Source: Acidobacteriota bacterium (GTDB lineage: Bacteria; Acidobacteriota; UBA6911; RPQK01; CBDAPI01). Taken from it: 64,000 nt of DNA. A model generated the notes under the pieces. The model saw only the letters and a program-made list of their open reading frames with translations, was not told where the DNA came from and did no database searches. Shown one piece after another: positions 20,215 to 28,755 of this stretch. Position 1 is the first letter of the stretch. The number at the start of each line of letters is the position of its first letter. Where the stretch lies: assembly GCA_965198355.1 (NCBI GenBank), contig CBDAPI010000013.1, positions 266,495 through 330,494 on the forward strand. Direction: 5' to 3'. The translations under genes and the position numbers were made by a program.

Positions 20215-20860
20215 GGGTTGAATGCTCTCGCCGGAAACCCGAATACCTTACGGAAAGTGCGTCCGATTTTCCTGGCTTGATATCCCATCACATCCCCGTT
20301 GGAAAGAAGGCTGTCAAAATCACGAGAATTCCATTTGACGACAGAAAGAGTGTAGAGAAAACGCCTGGGGAACTCTTTCATGACCTGGGCGCTGAGCTGC
20401 TTCATGACCAGCTGATCCTGGCTAAGCTCCGGATCCAGTTCGTGAAGGATGCCGCTGATGGTAAGCTGCGATTTGACGAACAGAGCCAGATTAAAGGGTA
20501 CTTCATAGCCCTGTTTCGCCAGCTCGGCCGAGATCGCCTCCAGAAGAACGAACGAGCCCTGCCCCGAGAGTGAGTTCTGAGCATCTTCAATGATTTGATC
20601 TATTCTTTCCCGTTCTGGTTCAGAGTCGGGCAGACCTCCTTCAATGAGAACTCCAATGTTTTTTTTCAGCTTCTTGTTGTGGCCGAGTTGAATACCGAAC
20701 AGGAGCTGGACAAGCTGTTTCCGTTCCTGGAGGGTGAATTCCCCCAGAAGGCCCCAGTCCAGGAGGGCTAGCTAGGCGGTAGCGATCCCCGGTCCCCGCC
20801 GTGACATGATAGACGTTGCCCGCATGCGGGTCGCCATGGAAGATGGCGAGATCCGGAAGA
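20211..20860 (-). pseudogene. ABC1/UbiB-family protein kinase gene, C-terminal segment (one gene interrupted by an IS3 element, an IS200 element and a 4-bp CTAG duplication)
   Basis: Continuous frame ...LAIFHGDPHAGNVYHVTAGTGDRYR / LALLDWGLLGEFTLQERKQL... equals the ABC1 motifs HxDPHPGN and DFG; the frame is broken only by CTAGCTAG at 20768-75. Confidence 0.7.
20768..20775. other. CTAGCTAG: 4-bp CTAG duplication inside the kinase ORF (candidate IS excision footprint)
   Basis: Deleting one CTAG restores ...GDRYRLALLDWG... Confidence 0.5.
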
Positions 20861-20909
20861 TGTCAACAACTTTGAGACACTTCTTTGAATAAATTACTGT
20901 AGCTTCATC

Positions 20910-21975
20910 TCAAGAGTTCTCCTTTTCGGGAGGGTTGATCCAGACGGCCTCGGGAAGAGGGGGCGGAACGGGTTTGCCGTTAGGAAATCTCTCTGGGAAA
21001 CGTGCCTGTGCGGCCTCCAATACGTGGGCTCGATTGCGACGCGTGGCGACGGCGGAGCGGTAGTGCACGTCCTCGGGGGTATGCAGGCCGATACCCGAGT
21101 GACGATGGTGGCGGTTGTACCAATCAAAGAAATCCCGACAAAAGTCTCTGGCTTGCTGGATGGTGCCTAAACGAGCCGGGAATTCTGGACGGTACTTGAG
21201 GGTCTTGAATTGGGCCTCCGAGTAGGGATTGTCGTCACAGACATGAGGCCGAGAGTGAGACTTGGTGACTCCCAGATCGGCCAGTAGCAAGGCCAGTGCC
21301 TTGGAACTCATCGACGACCCACGATCGGCATGCAGGGTGAGATCGCCCGGCTCGATCGCCTGTTTGGAGCAGCTCTGGGCGATCAAGACCTTGGCCAGCC
21401 GTGAGCTTTCCTGGGTGGCCACCATCCAGCCCACCACATAGCGGCTGAAGATATCCAGGATCACGTAGAGGTAGTAATAGCTCCATTTGACGTGCCCCTT
21501 CAGCTTGGTGATGTCCCATGACCAGCATTGGTTCGGGCCGGTGGCCAGAAGTTCCGGCTTTGAGTAGTGGGGATGGCGGCGCTGGCGACGGCGTTCTCTA
21601 ACTTCCAAACGTTCGGCCAGAATGCGGTACATGGTTCGAATCGAGCACAAGTAACGCCCTTCGTCCAGCAGTTCCGCCCACACTGCGGCAGGAGCCTTGT
21701 CGATAAACTGCTGGCTGTGCAGAACCTCCACTACGGCCTCCCTTTCGGCTGGGCTCAACGCTCGTGGGGATGGCGGCCGAGGTCGAGCTTCAACCGCCGG
21801 CTGTTCCCGCCGTCGTTTTTTCCGATAGAGGCTTGACGGTGGCAAACCCAGCGCCTGAGAGCCCACACGGACTCCGTGAGTTTCCGAGAAATGCAACGCT
21901 TCGTCCATCAGCTCTCGTCTTCGTTCTCGCTGCTGCTCTCCAGAGAGATTCCCAATAGATGCGAGACTTTTTTTT
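20910..21975 (-). CDS. IS3-family transposase OrfB (DDE integrase core), -1 frame relative to orfA
   Basis: rve core (HADRGSSMSS...DDNPYSEAQFKTLKYRP); the -1 frame is open from the A AAA AAA G site into orfB with no stop. Confidence 0.8.
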
Positions 21976-22417
21976 GGATATCCAGCATGATTTCTGCCTT
22001 CTCGAGCTTGCGTTGCAGCTTCCGATTCTCAGCTTGTAATTGCTTGACTTGAGCATCCAGAGGATTGAACGGCTTCGACTTGCGCCCTCGTTTTCGAGGG
22101 GTCAACGCCTGCAGAGTTCCTTCTGCGCGTTGCCGTCGCCAGGTCTGAAGATTCGACCAGTAAAGCCCTTCTCGGCGCAGTAACGCTCCCACTTCGCCCG
22201 ATTCACACCCATCGGCCTGCTCCAGGATCCGGAGCTTATAGCGGGCTGAAAATCGGCGACGGGTTGCCTTGGCTGGAACTTCCGGGTCGGGGCGCGGCAG
22301 CACCTTCTCTGGCTCGGTCCGTTCCACGGCGATTTTGGAGACCTCTCCGCTTCGCTCCGAGGCCTCCAAAATCATCAGTCTTTTGTCGCTCTTGTTTTCC
22401 ATTATCCTGTGATCCAC
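21908..22417 (-). CDS. IS3-family transposase OrfA (HTH and leucine zipper)
   Basis: RRRFSARYKLRILEQ HTH_Tnp_1 motif; heptad LQAENRKLQRKLEKAEIML. Confidence 0.8.
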   Translation of the reverse strand: MDHRIMENKSDKRLMILEASERSGEVSKIAVERTEPEKVLPRPDPEVPAKATRRRFSARYKLRILEQADGCESGEVGALLRREGLYWSNLQTWRRQRAEGTLQALTPRKRGRKSKPFNPLDAQVKQLQAENRKLQRKLEKAEIMLDIQKKVSHLLGISLESSSENEDES

Positions 22418-22473
22418 TTCTCGCCCTCTAGTCTAATTTAGTGGGAAAGAAGTGTCTCACCGATATTGGCACA

Positions 22474-23100
22474 GAGGGATCCCGGCGATTAAAAATGACG
22501 TCGTAGGTCAGGGTGTTGCTCAACCTGCGCGCTACCGTAGCACGTGCTTCCTGATCTCCCGGGAAGGCCTCGCTTACCTTGACTCCCTCAACGAAGTCCA
22601 TGACGGTAACGTTGGGCGTCGAGATCTCGTATAGCTCGGGCACGAGAATTCGCGGATTGTTGCCATAGTAGTCTGCTGCTCTCGACAGGTTGCGCTGTTC
22701 TTCTACAACCAGGATCTCTTTGGCAAGCGCGTCCCGAATCTCATCGAAGAGATCGGCGAGTGGAAAATCTCCGAGCTCATAAAATGCACTGTTTTCCTGC
22801 AGGTATGCCCCGAGAGAGTCGAAGGCTTGCAGTTCCTGGCGTAGCGCCTTCTCCGCTTCCGGCTTGATCACCTTACAAACAATCGGACGGGGACCTGGTT
22901 CGCCGGGTAAGGTCAGGGAACCAGCAATCACGGCTCCGACACTGGCCTCAGCCAGGATCTGTGACGCCAGCTCGAGCTGGTAGGTAGCGATTCTGTCCTC
23001 ACCCAGATCGGCCCGAATCAAGGCGCGCAGGGTTTCCGCATCTGTTGTGAGAATAGCGTTTTCCAGCTGTTGTAAGGAGACACGGAAATCTTTTGGTATT
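22474..23100 (-). pseudogene. ABC1/UbiB-family kinase gene, middle segment
   Basis: ...NQVIPKDFRVSLQQLENAI...PIVCKVIKPEAEKALRQELQAF...VTVMDFVEGVKVSE...TYDVIFNRRDPS; joins in frame to the 20860 segment once the IS3 is removed. Confidence 0.7.
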
Positions 23101-23764
23101 ACTTGGTTACGTGCTAGACCCGTAAGGAGTCCCCCCGGCTCTGCCGGGGAGGCAGCCAGAGTTTGACAGTTCCGGGAATAGGTGAAAAAACTCCCTTCCG
23201 TGAGCCGAGCAAAGCATCACGAAAAGGAGTTTTATGAGTAACTACCAGAGCTTACAGCATACAAAATGGGAGTGTAAGTACCATGTGGTGTTCATCCCCA
23301 AGTACCGCAAGAAGTTGATTTATGGGGAGCTGCGCAGACATCTCGGTCAGGTGCTGCGACGGTTGGCTGGGCAGAAGGAAAGCTTGATTGAAGAGGGCCA
23401 CCTGCTGCCGGATCACGTGCACGGGATGATCTCGATTCCGCCAAAGTTTTCTGTGGCGCAGGTGATCGGGTACATCAAAGGGAAAAGCGCCATCCACATT
23501 GCGAGGAACTTTTCAGAGAGTCGGCGTAACTTTGTTGGACAGCACTTCTGGGCTCGCGGATACTTCGTATCGACGGTGGGTCGGGATGAGAAAGTGATTC
23601 GTGAGTATATCCGGCGGCAAGAAGCAGAAGATCGTCGCCAGGATCAGCTCAGGCTGCTGTAGCCAAGCCACCTGTAGGTGGCACAAGTGGCCGCGGTAGC
23701 GGCAACGTCAAGTCCGCTTTGAGCGGCTCACAAGATTAAAGCCCCCGGCTTTGCCGGGGGATAC
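23101..23764 (+). mobile_element. IS200/IS605-family element (tnpA only, about 664 bp)
   Basis: Subterminal hairpins cccccggctctgccgggg (about 23120) and gcccccggctttgccggggg (23741-60); inserted 3' of TTAC; no TSD. Confidence 0.75.
23234..23662 (+). CDS. tnpA: IS200-type Y1 (HUH) transposase TnpA
   Basis: YHVVFIPKYRKK...HVHGMISIPPKFSV...GYFVSTVG, collinear with IS200 TnpA. Confidence 0.85.
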   Translation: MSNYQSLQHTKWECKYHVVFIPKYRKKLIYGELRRHLGQVLRRLAGQKESLIEEGHLLPDHVHGMISIPPKFSVAQVIGYIKGKSAIHIARNFSESRRNFVGQHFWARGYFVSTVGRDEKVIREYIRRQEAEDRRQDQLRLL

Positions 23765-24296
23765 TTACTATCTGACCTATTTTCTGAAGAATAGGCGTTC
23801 CTGCGGCAAACTCGAGCACACGGCCCCCTCGGTTGACATCGCCTGAGATTTGCAGCTGGCTGAGAAATCTCTTCAGCACCTCTTCGCGCCCGAGTTGATG
23901 AAGGAAGTAAATGAGCGCGTCATGGACAAAGGGTCGCCACTTTGCGAGCTCTGACGTGATCATCTCCAAGACTCGCGAGTTGTGAATCAGCTGTTCGAGA
24001 ATGTCCTGTTCCCAGCGTTCCCAGGGCAGCTCGGAAAGGAGAGCCGAGAAATCGGGCGGAAGTTCCGCTTCACCGGAGGTCATTCCAGCCAGAAGTGTGG
24101 GAAGGACTGCCTGTACCTTGGGGTGGGTTCTCATCAGGTCCGAGAGAAGGGTCTGAGCGTGAGCCTGTGCATCAAATCCTTCGTAGTGCTCCATGGGAGT
24201 CGGCAGACTCAACGTGTCGGCCACAGGCGCAGGCCCTTGCTGGAGCGCGAATAGTAAGGGAATGAGAGAGAAGGGAGTGACCTGGAGGGAAAGCAT
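23765..24296 (-). pseudogene. ABC1/UbiB-family kinase gene, N-terminal segment
   Basis: ...FLSQLQISGDVNRGGRVLEFAAGTPILQKIGQIVS joins in frame to NQVIPKDF... across the IS200 insertion. Confidence 0.6.
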
Positions 24297-24329
24297 GGTA
24301 GACGTGCTATTCTCTGGGGCGCTTGCTAG

Positions 24330-25979
24330 CCCGGATTATGCAAGAGATCTGAATCCGAGTGAGATTTGGGTCCAGAAAAAAAGCCGTAGCTCTCTGATAT
24401 AAAAGGGTTTACATAAAAACAACCCTAAACAGGAGCTACGGCTATGTTGAAAACAGTCTGCCAGAATACCCTGCCATTTCACAGCCACAGAGACATCACA
24501 GCTCGTTTTGATGGGGGGAGCCTCACTTCCGACGCAGGATGGTTGTTGTTTGGATCGCTGGATCGGCAACATCGATTGTGCGAGGGCTTCAGTTCGTGTA
24601 TTGCGGAAAGCCGGGACCGACGCTACATTCGTCATGACCTGTTGAAGTTGATCCGACAACGAGTGTTGCAGATCGTGGCCGGCTACGAAGACTGTAATGA
24701 CGCCGATACGCTGCGCTCGGATCCGATGCTCAAGACAGTCTGTGATCAGTTGCCCGAGAGCGATCCCGATTTGGCCACCCAGCCGACTTTCTCCCGCTTG
24801 GAGAACTCCGTCACCAAGAAGGATCTGATGCGTCTGAGCCGGTGGCTGCTACGCCGTTATGTGCGCTCCCTGAAGAAGAGACGTCCCGCCAAGATCATCC
24901 TGGATCTGGACAGTACCGACGACCACACTCACGGCCAACAGGAGTTCGCCTTCTACCACGGGTATTACCGAAACCACATTCTGCATCCTTTGCTGATCTT
25001 CGATGCCGCCACGGGAGACCTGGTCTGTGCCGTGTTGAGACCTGGCAACAAGGGGGCTGCCTCTCACATCGTGCCCATTCTGAAGCGCGTCGTGGAGGCC
25101 ATCCGACAAGCAGTGGGGACGGATGTCGAGATTGAGATTCGGGCCGACAGCGGCTTTGCCACGCCTCGGCTCTACGAGTTCTGTGAAGGTGAAGAGAATC
25201 AACTCCAATATGTCATTGGGTTAAGTCGCAACCCTCGCCTGCAGCGAGTGGTCGAGCCCCTGCTGGATTCGACTCGGGAAAGGTTCGTTGAGCGGGAGGA
25301 AAAACAGCGTCAGTTTGACGAGTTTCTTTATCGAGCCAACAGCTGGGATCGATCCCGTCGCGTCATTGTCAAAGTGGAGGTCGATCAGCGCGGGATCAAT
25401 CGTCGCTTTGTGGTCACCAACCGGGACGATCTCTGCTCCCAATCACTTTATGACCACTACACCGACCGAGGGCAGACCGAGAACTTCATCAAGGCCTTTA
25501 AGAATCATCTGAGCATGGACCGACTCAGCTGTCATCGATTCCTGGCCAACCAGTTTCGACTCCTCCTGCATGCACTGGCTTACCAGATGTTCGTGCGCCT
25601 GCGCGACTATCTGCACGGAACCCCCTGGCACAAGCTCGAAATCGAAACCTTACGTCGTCGTGTCCTCAAGATCGGGGCCCGGATCCGACAAACCACTCGA
25701 CGCATCTGGGTCCATCTTTCCTCAGCCTTTCCCGAACAACCCCTCTTTCACCTCGTCTTGAGTCGCCTGAACTCCAGCTAGCTTCTCCCAGTTCCCCGAA
25801 AAACCGCTTCCGACACTCATCCAGGCCCAGATCTGTCTGAAATTCACTCCCCCAACCACTCAAACGCCTCGCCAACCGATATTCTTCGCAAATCCGCCTG
25901 TCACAACTGCCCGCTTCCGAGTTGGGCCACTTCTCGAGCCCTTTTTCAACAGCGGATTACGGTTCTTGCATAATCCGGG
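24330..25979 (+). mobile_element. IS1380-family insertion sequence, 1650 bp, flanked by CTAG on both sides
   Basis: IRs cccggattatgcaaga...tcttgcataatccggg; identical to the elements at 26913 and 51725. Confidence 0.85.
24444..25781 (+). CDS. IS1380-family DDE transposase
   Basis: 445 aa, identical to the other copies. Confidence 0.85.
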   Translation: MLKTVCQNTLPFHSHRDITARFDGGSLTSDAGWLLFGSLDRQHRLCEGFSSCIAESRDRRYIRHDLLKLIRQRVLQIVAGYEDCNDADTLRSDPMLKTVCDQLPESDPDLATQPTFSRLENSVTKKDLMRLSRWLLRRYVRSLKKRRPAKIILDLDSTDDHTHGQQEFAFYHGYYRNHILHPLLIFDAATGDLVCAVLRPGNKGAASHIVPILKRVVEAIRQAVGTDVEIEIRADSGFATPRLYEFCEGEENQLQYVIGLSRNPRLQRVVEPLLDSTRERFVEREEKQRQFDEFLYRANSWDRSRRVIVKVEVDQRGINRRFVVTNRDDLCSQSLYDHYTDRGQTENFIKAFKNHLSMDRLSCHRFLANQFRLLLHALAYQMFVRLRDYLHGTPWHKLEIETLRRRVLKIGARIRQTTRRIWVHLSSAFPEQPLFHLVLSRLNSS

Positions 25980-26040
25980 CTAGGCTGTCAACAGCCCTTC
26001 AGAAAGTCGCAAGCAGTGCGGATCCAAAAGAGGGGGACAT

Positions 26041-26655
26041 TTGTCAAGATCAGGACGGCTGCTTCTGGCGGGGGCGGGCATACTCTTTCTGTTCACCTGC
26101 CTGCTGGCCTGGAGGGGATCGCCTTTCCTCTGGGAGATTCAGCTGGCCGGCTGGATTTACGGGGTGCAGGAACCCTTTGTTGGGTGGATCCTGAGAGCCG
26201 TATCCTGGATCGGCAGTGGTTATTTGCCGTTTCTGATGGTCCCGATCCTGGCGCTCTTCCTGTGGAAGGCAGGCCTAGTCTCGCAGTGCTGGATCCTTCT
26301 GGCAGGTGTCGGGGGAGCTTCCTTGACCAATTTTGTTTTGAAGCACCTGATCGATCGACCGCGACCCGGAGGGATGTTGTTTCCTGCCTACACTGATCCC
26401 GGTAGCCCAGGCTTTCCATCGGGCCACGTCGTTCTATTCGTGGCATGCTTTGGTTACCTGCTGCTGCTGGCCTGGAGGCACCAGTCTGGTTCCCTCCGTA
26501 CGGTTGTGGCGGGAGGACTGGGTTTCTTGATCCTGGCTGTCGGGGTCTCCCGTGTCTGGCTGGGCGTGCACTGGCCGTTGGATTGTATCGGTGGCTATCT
26601 GCTGGGGGCTCTCATGGTAAGTGCCATGGGGCGGCGTTCAGCGGACACGCTCTGA
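26041..26655 (+). CDS. PAP2-family membrane phosphatase (TTG start)
   Basis: KHLIDRPRP...PSGH...SRVWLGVHWPLD motifs; polytopic. Lies 62 bp downstream of the IRR of the 24330 element. Confidence 0.7.
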   Translation: MSRSGRLLLAGAGILFLFTCLLAWRGSPFLWEIQLAGWIYGVQEPFVGWILRAVSWIGSGYLPFLMVPILALFLWKAGLVSQCWILLAGVGGASLTNFVLKHLIDRPRPGGMLFPAYTDPGSPGFPSGHVVLFVACFGYLLLLAWRHQSGSLRTVVAGGLGFLILAVGVSRVWLGVHWPLDCIGGYLLGALMVSAMGRRSADTL

Positions 26656-26759
26656 ATTGTATAATCCGATAGATGCTCCTGGCATGTCCGCTGCTCCTCT
26701 TGCTTCTTGAAACCGCTTCGCTGCCCAAAGAAGTCGGCATTCCCCAGCTCACCGAAGAG

Positions 26760-26912
26760 ACGGTCCTCCAGATCCGATTCGAGTTCTTCAATTTCTTGAA
26801 TCACCCGAATTTCTGGCAACCGCGTCCGCGTCTCAATAGCAGCCGCTTCGGCAAGGCAATCGAGCAGTATGACGCCCGAGAAATCCAGTTTGGCTTAAAG
26901 CTGAACTTCTAG
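26760..26912 (+). pseudogene. 3'-terminal remnant of a TonB-dependent-receptor-like gene
   Basis: ...FEFFNFLNHPNFWQP...REIQFGLKLNF* parallels the C-terminus of the 29651 gene (NLLNHPNF...RRIQLSFRFMF*); the stop TAG lies in the CTAG beside the IS. Confidence 0.5.
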
Positions 26913-28562
26913 CCCGGATTATGCAAGAACCGTAATCCGCTGTTGAAAAAGGGCTCGAGAAGTGGCCCAACTCGGAAGCGGGCAGTTGTGACAGGCGGAT
27001 TTGCGAAGAATATCGGTTGGCGAGGCGTTTGAGTGGTTGGGGGAGTGAATTTCAGACAGATCTGGGCCTGGATGAGTGTCGGAAGCGGTTTTTCGGGGAA
27101 CTGGGAGAAGCTAGCTGGAGTTCAGGCGACTCAAGACGAGGTGAAAGAGGGGTTGTTCGGGAAAGGCTGAGGAAAGATGGACCCAGATGCGTCGAGTGGT
27201 TTGTCGGATCCGGGCCCCGATCTTGAGGACACGACGACGTAAGGTTTCGATTTCGAGCTTGTGCCAGGGGGTTCCGTGCAGATAGTCGCGCAGGCGCACG
27301 AACATCTGGTAAGCCAGTGCATGCAGGAGGAGTCGAAACTGGTTGGCCAGGAATCGATGACAGCTGAGTCGGTCCATGCTCAGATGATTCTTAAAGGCCT
27401 TGATGAAGTTCTCGGTCTGCCCTCGGTCGGTGTAGTGGTCATAAAGTGATTGGGAGCAGAGATCGTCCCGGTTGGTGACCACAAAGCGACGATTGATCCC
27501 GCGCTGATCGACCTCCACTTTGACAATGACGCGACGGGATCGATCCCAGCTGTTGGCTCGATAAAGAAACTCGTCAAACTGACGCTGTTTTTCCTCCCGC
27601 TCAACGAACCTTTCCCGAGTCGAATCCAGCAGGGGCTCGACCACTCGCTGCAGGCGAGGGTTGCGACTTAACCCAATGACATATTGGAGTTGATTCTCTT
27701 CACCTTCACAGAACTCGTAGAGCCGAGGCGTGGCAAAGCCGCTGTCGGCCCGAATCTCAATCTCGACATCCGTCCCCACTGCTTGTCGGATGGCCTCCAC
27801 GACGCGCTTCAGAATGGGCACGATGTGAGAGGCAGCCCCCTTGTTGCCAGGTCTCAACACGGCACAGACCAGGTCTCCCGTGGCGGCATCGAAGATCAGC
27901 AAAGGATGCAGAATGTGGTTTCGGTAATACCCGTGGTAGAAGGCGAACTCCTGTTGGCCGTGAGTGTGGTCGTCGGTACTGTCCAGATCCAGGATGATCT
28001 TGGCGGGACGTCTCTTCTTCAGGGAGCGCACATAACGGCGTAGCAGCCACCGGCTCAGACGCATCAGATCCTTCTTGGTGACGGAGTTCTCCAAGCGGGA
28101 GAAAGTCGGCTGGGTGGCCAAATCGGGATCGCTCTCGGGCAACTGATCACAGACTGTCTTGAGCATCGGATCCGAGCGCAGCGTATCGGCGTCATTACAG
28201 TCTTCGTAGCCGGCCACGATCTGCAACACTCGTTGTCGGATCAACTTCAACAGGTCATGACGAATGTAGCGTCGGTCCCGGCTTTCCGCAATACACGAAC
28301 TGAAGCCCTCGCACAATCGATGTTGCCGATCCAGCGATCCAAACAACAACCATCCTGCGTCGGAAGTGAGGCTCCCCCCATCAAAACGAGCTGTGATGTC
28401 TCTGTGGCTGTGAAATGGCAGGGTATTCTGGCAGACTGTTTTCAACATAGCCGTAGCTCCTGTTTAGGGTTGTTTTTATGTAAACCCTTTTATATCAGAG
28501 AGCTACGGCTTTTTTTCTGGACCCAAATCTCACTCGGATTCAGATCTCTTGCATAATCCGGG
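26913..28562 (-). mobile_element. IS1380-family insertion sequence, 1650 bp, CTAG flanks, inverted relative to the 24330 copy
   Basis: Same IRs; sequence identical. Confidence 0.85.
27111..28448 (-). CDS. IS1380-family DDE transposase
   Basis: Identical 445-aa ORF. Confidence 0.85.
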   Translation of the reverse strand: MLKTVCQNTLPFHSHRDITARFDGGSLTSDAGWLLFGSLDRQHRLCEGFSSCIAESRDRRYIRHDLLKLIRQRVLQIVAGYEDCNDADTLRSDPMLKTVCDQLPESDPDLATQPTFSRLENSVTKKDLMRLSRWLLRRYVRSLKKRRPAKIILDLDSTDDHTHGQQEFAFYHGYYRNHILHPLLIFDAATGDLVCAVLRPGNKGAASHIVPILKRVVEAIRQAVGTDVEIEIRADSGFATPRLYEFCEGEENQLQYVIGLSRNPRLQRVVEPLLDSTRERFVEREEKQRQFDEFLYRANSWDRSRRVIVKVEVDQRGINRRFVVTNRDDLCSQSLYDHYTDRGQTENFIKAFKNHLSMDRLSCHRFLANQFRLLLHALAYQMFVRLRDYLHGTPWHKLEIETLRRRVLKIGARIRQTTRRIWVHLSSAFPEQPLFHLVLSRLNSS

Positions 28563-28591
28563 CTAGGACGCACCAGAGACTCGGTTATCCC

Positions 28592-28631
28592 AAGGGCGCC
28601 TCTGTCTGACAACGGCGCCCTTCTTGCTTTC
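28592..28631 (+). terminator. rho-independent terminator (AAGGGCGCC-n13-GGCGCCCTT followed by a T-rich tract)
   Basis: Perfect 9-bp GC stem followed by cttgctttc; becomes the terminator of the TBDR-remnant gene once the IS is removed. Confidence 0.55.
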
Positions 28632-28755
28632 AGCACGTCTCATTTTGTCCCCAGAACGAGAAGTCAGAAACAGGACCGGCTGCCGTGCGTAAAAACGATG
28701 GGCGCGGTTGTGTAACCGGCGCATGGGGGAGTTCGTTGAGGATGGGGTGAGTCTG

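Larger units (their letters stand above)
20861..22473 (-). mobile_element. IS3-family insertion sequence (about 1613 bp)
   Basis: Imperfect terminal IRs TGTCAACAACTTTGAGACACTTCTTT / TGTGCCAATATCGGTGAGACACTTCTTT with TG...CA ends; orfA and orfB with an A8G slippery site. Confidence 0.75.

Noticed and set aside
20211-20405. Apparent AraC-type HTH (GYQARKIGRTFRKVFG) suggesting a small regulator
   Set aside because: The frame is continuous upstream for about 180 codons and those align to the ABC1-kinase C-terminal region. The AraC resemblance is short and weak.
20127-20573. 148-aa plus-strand ORF
   Set aside because: Opposite strand of the kinase C-terminal segment; no homology.
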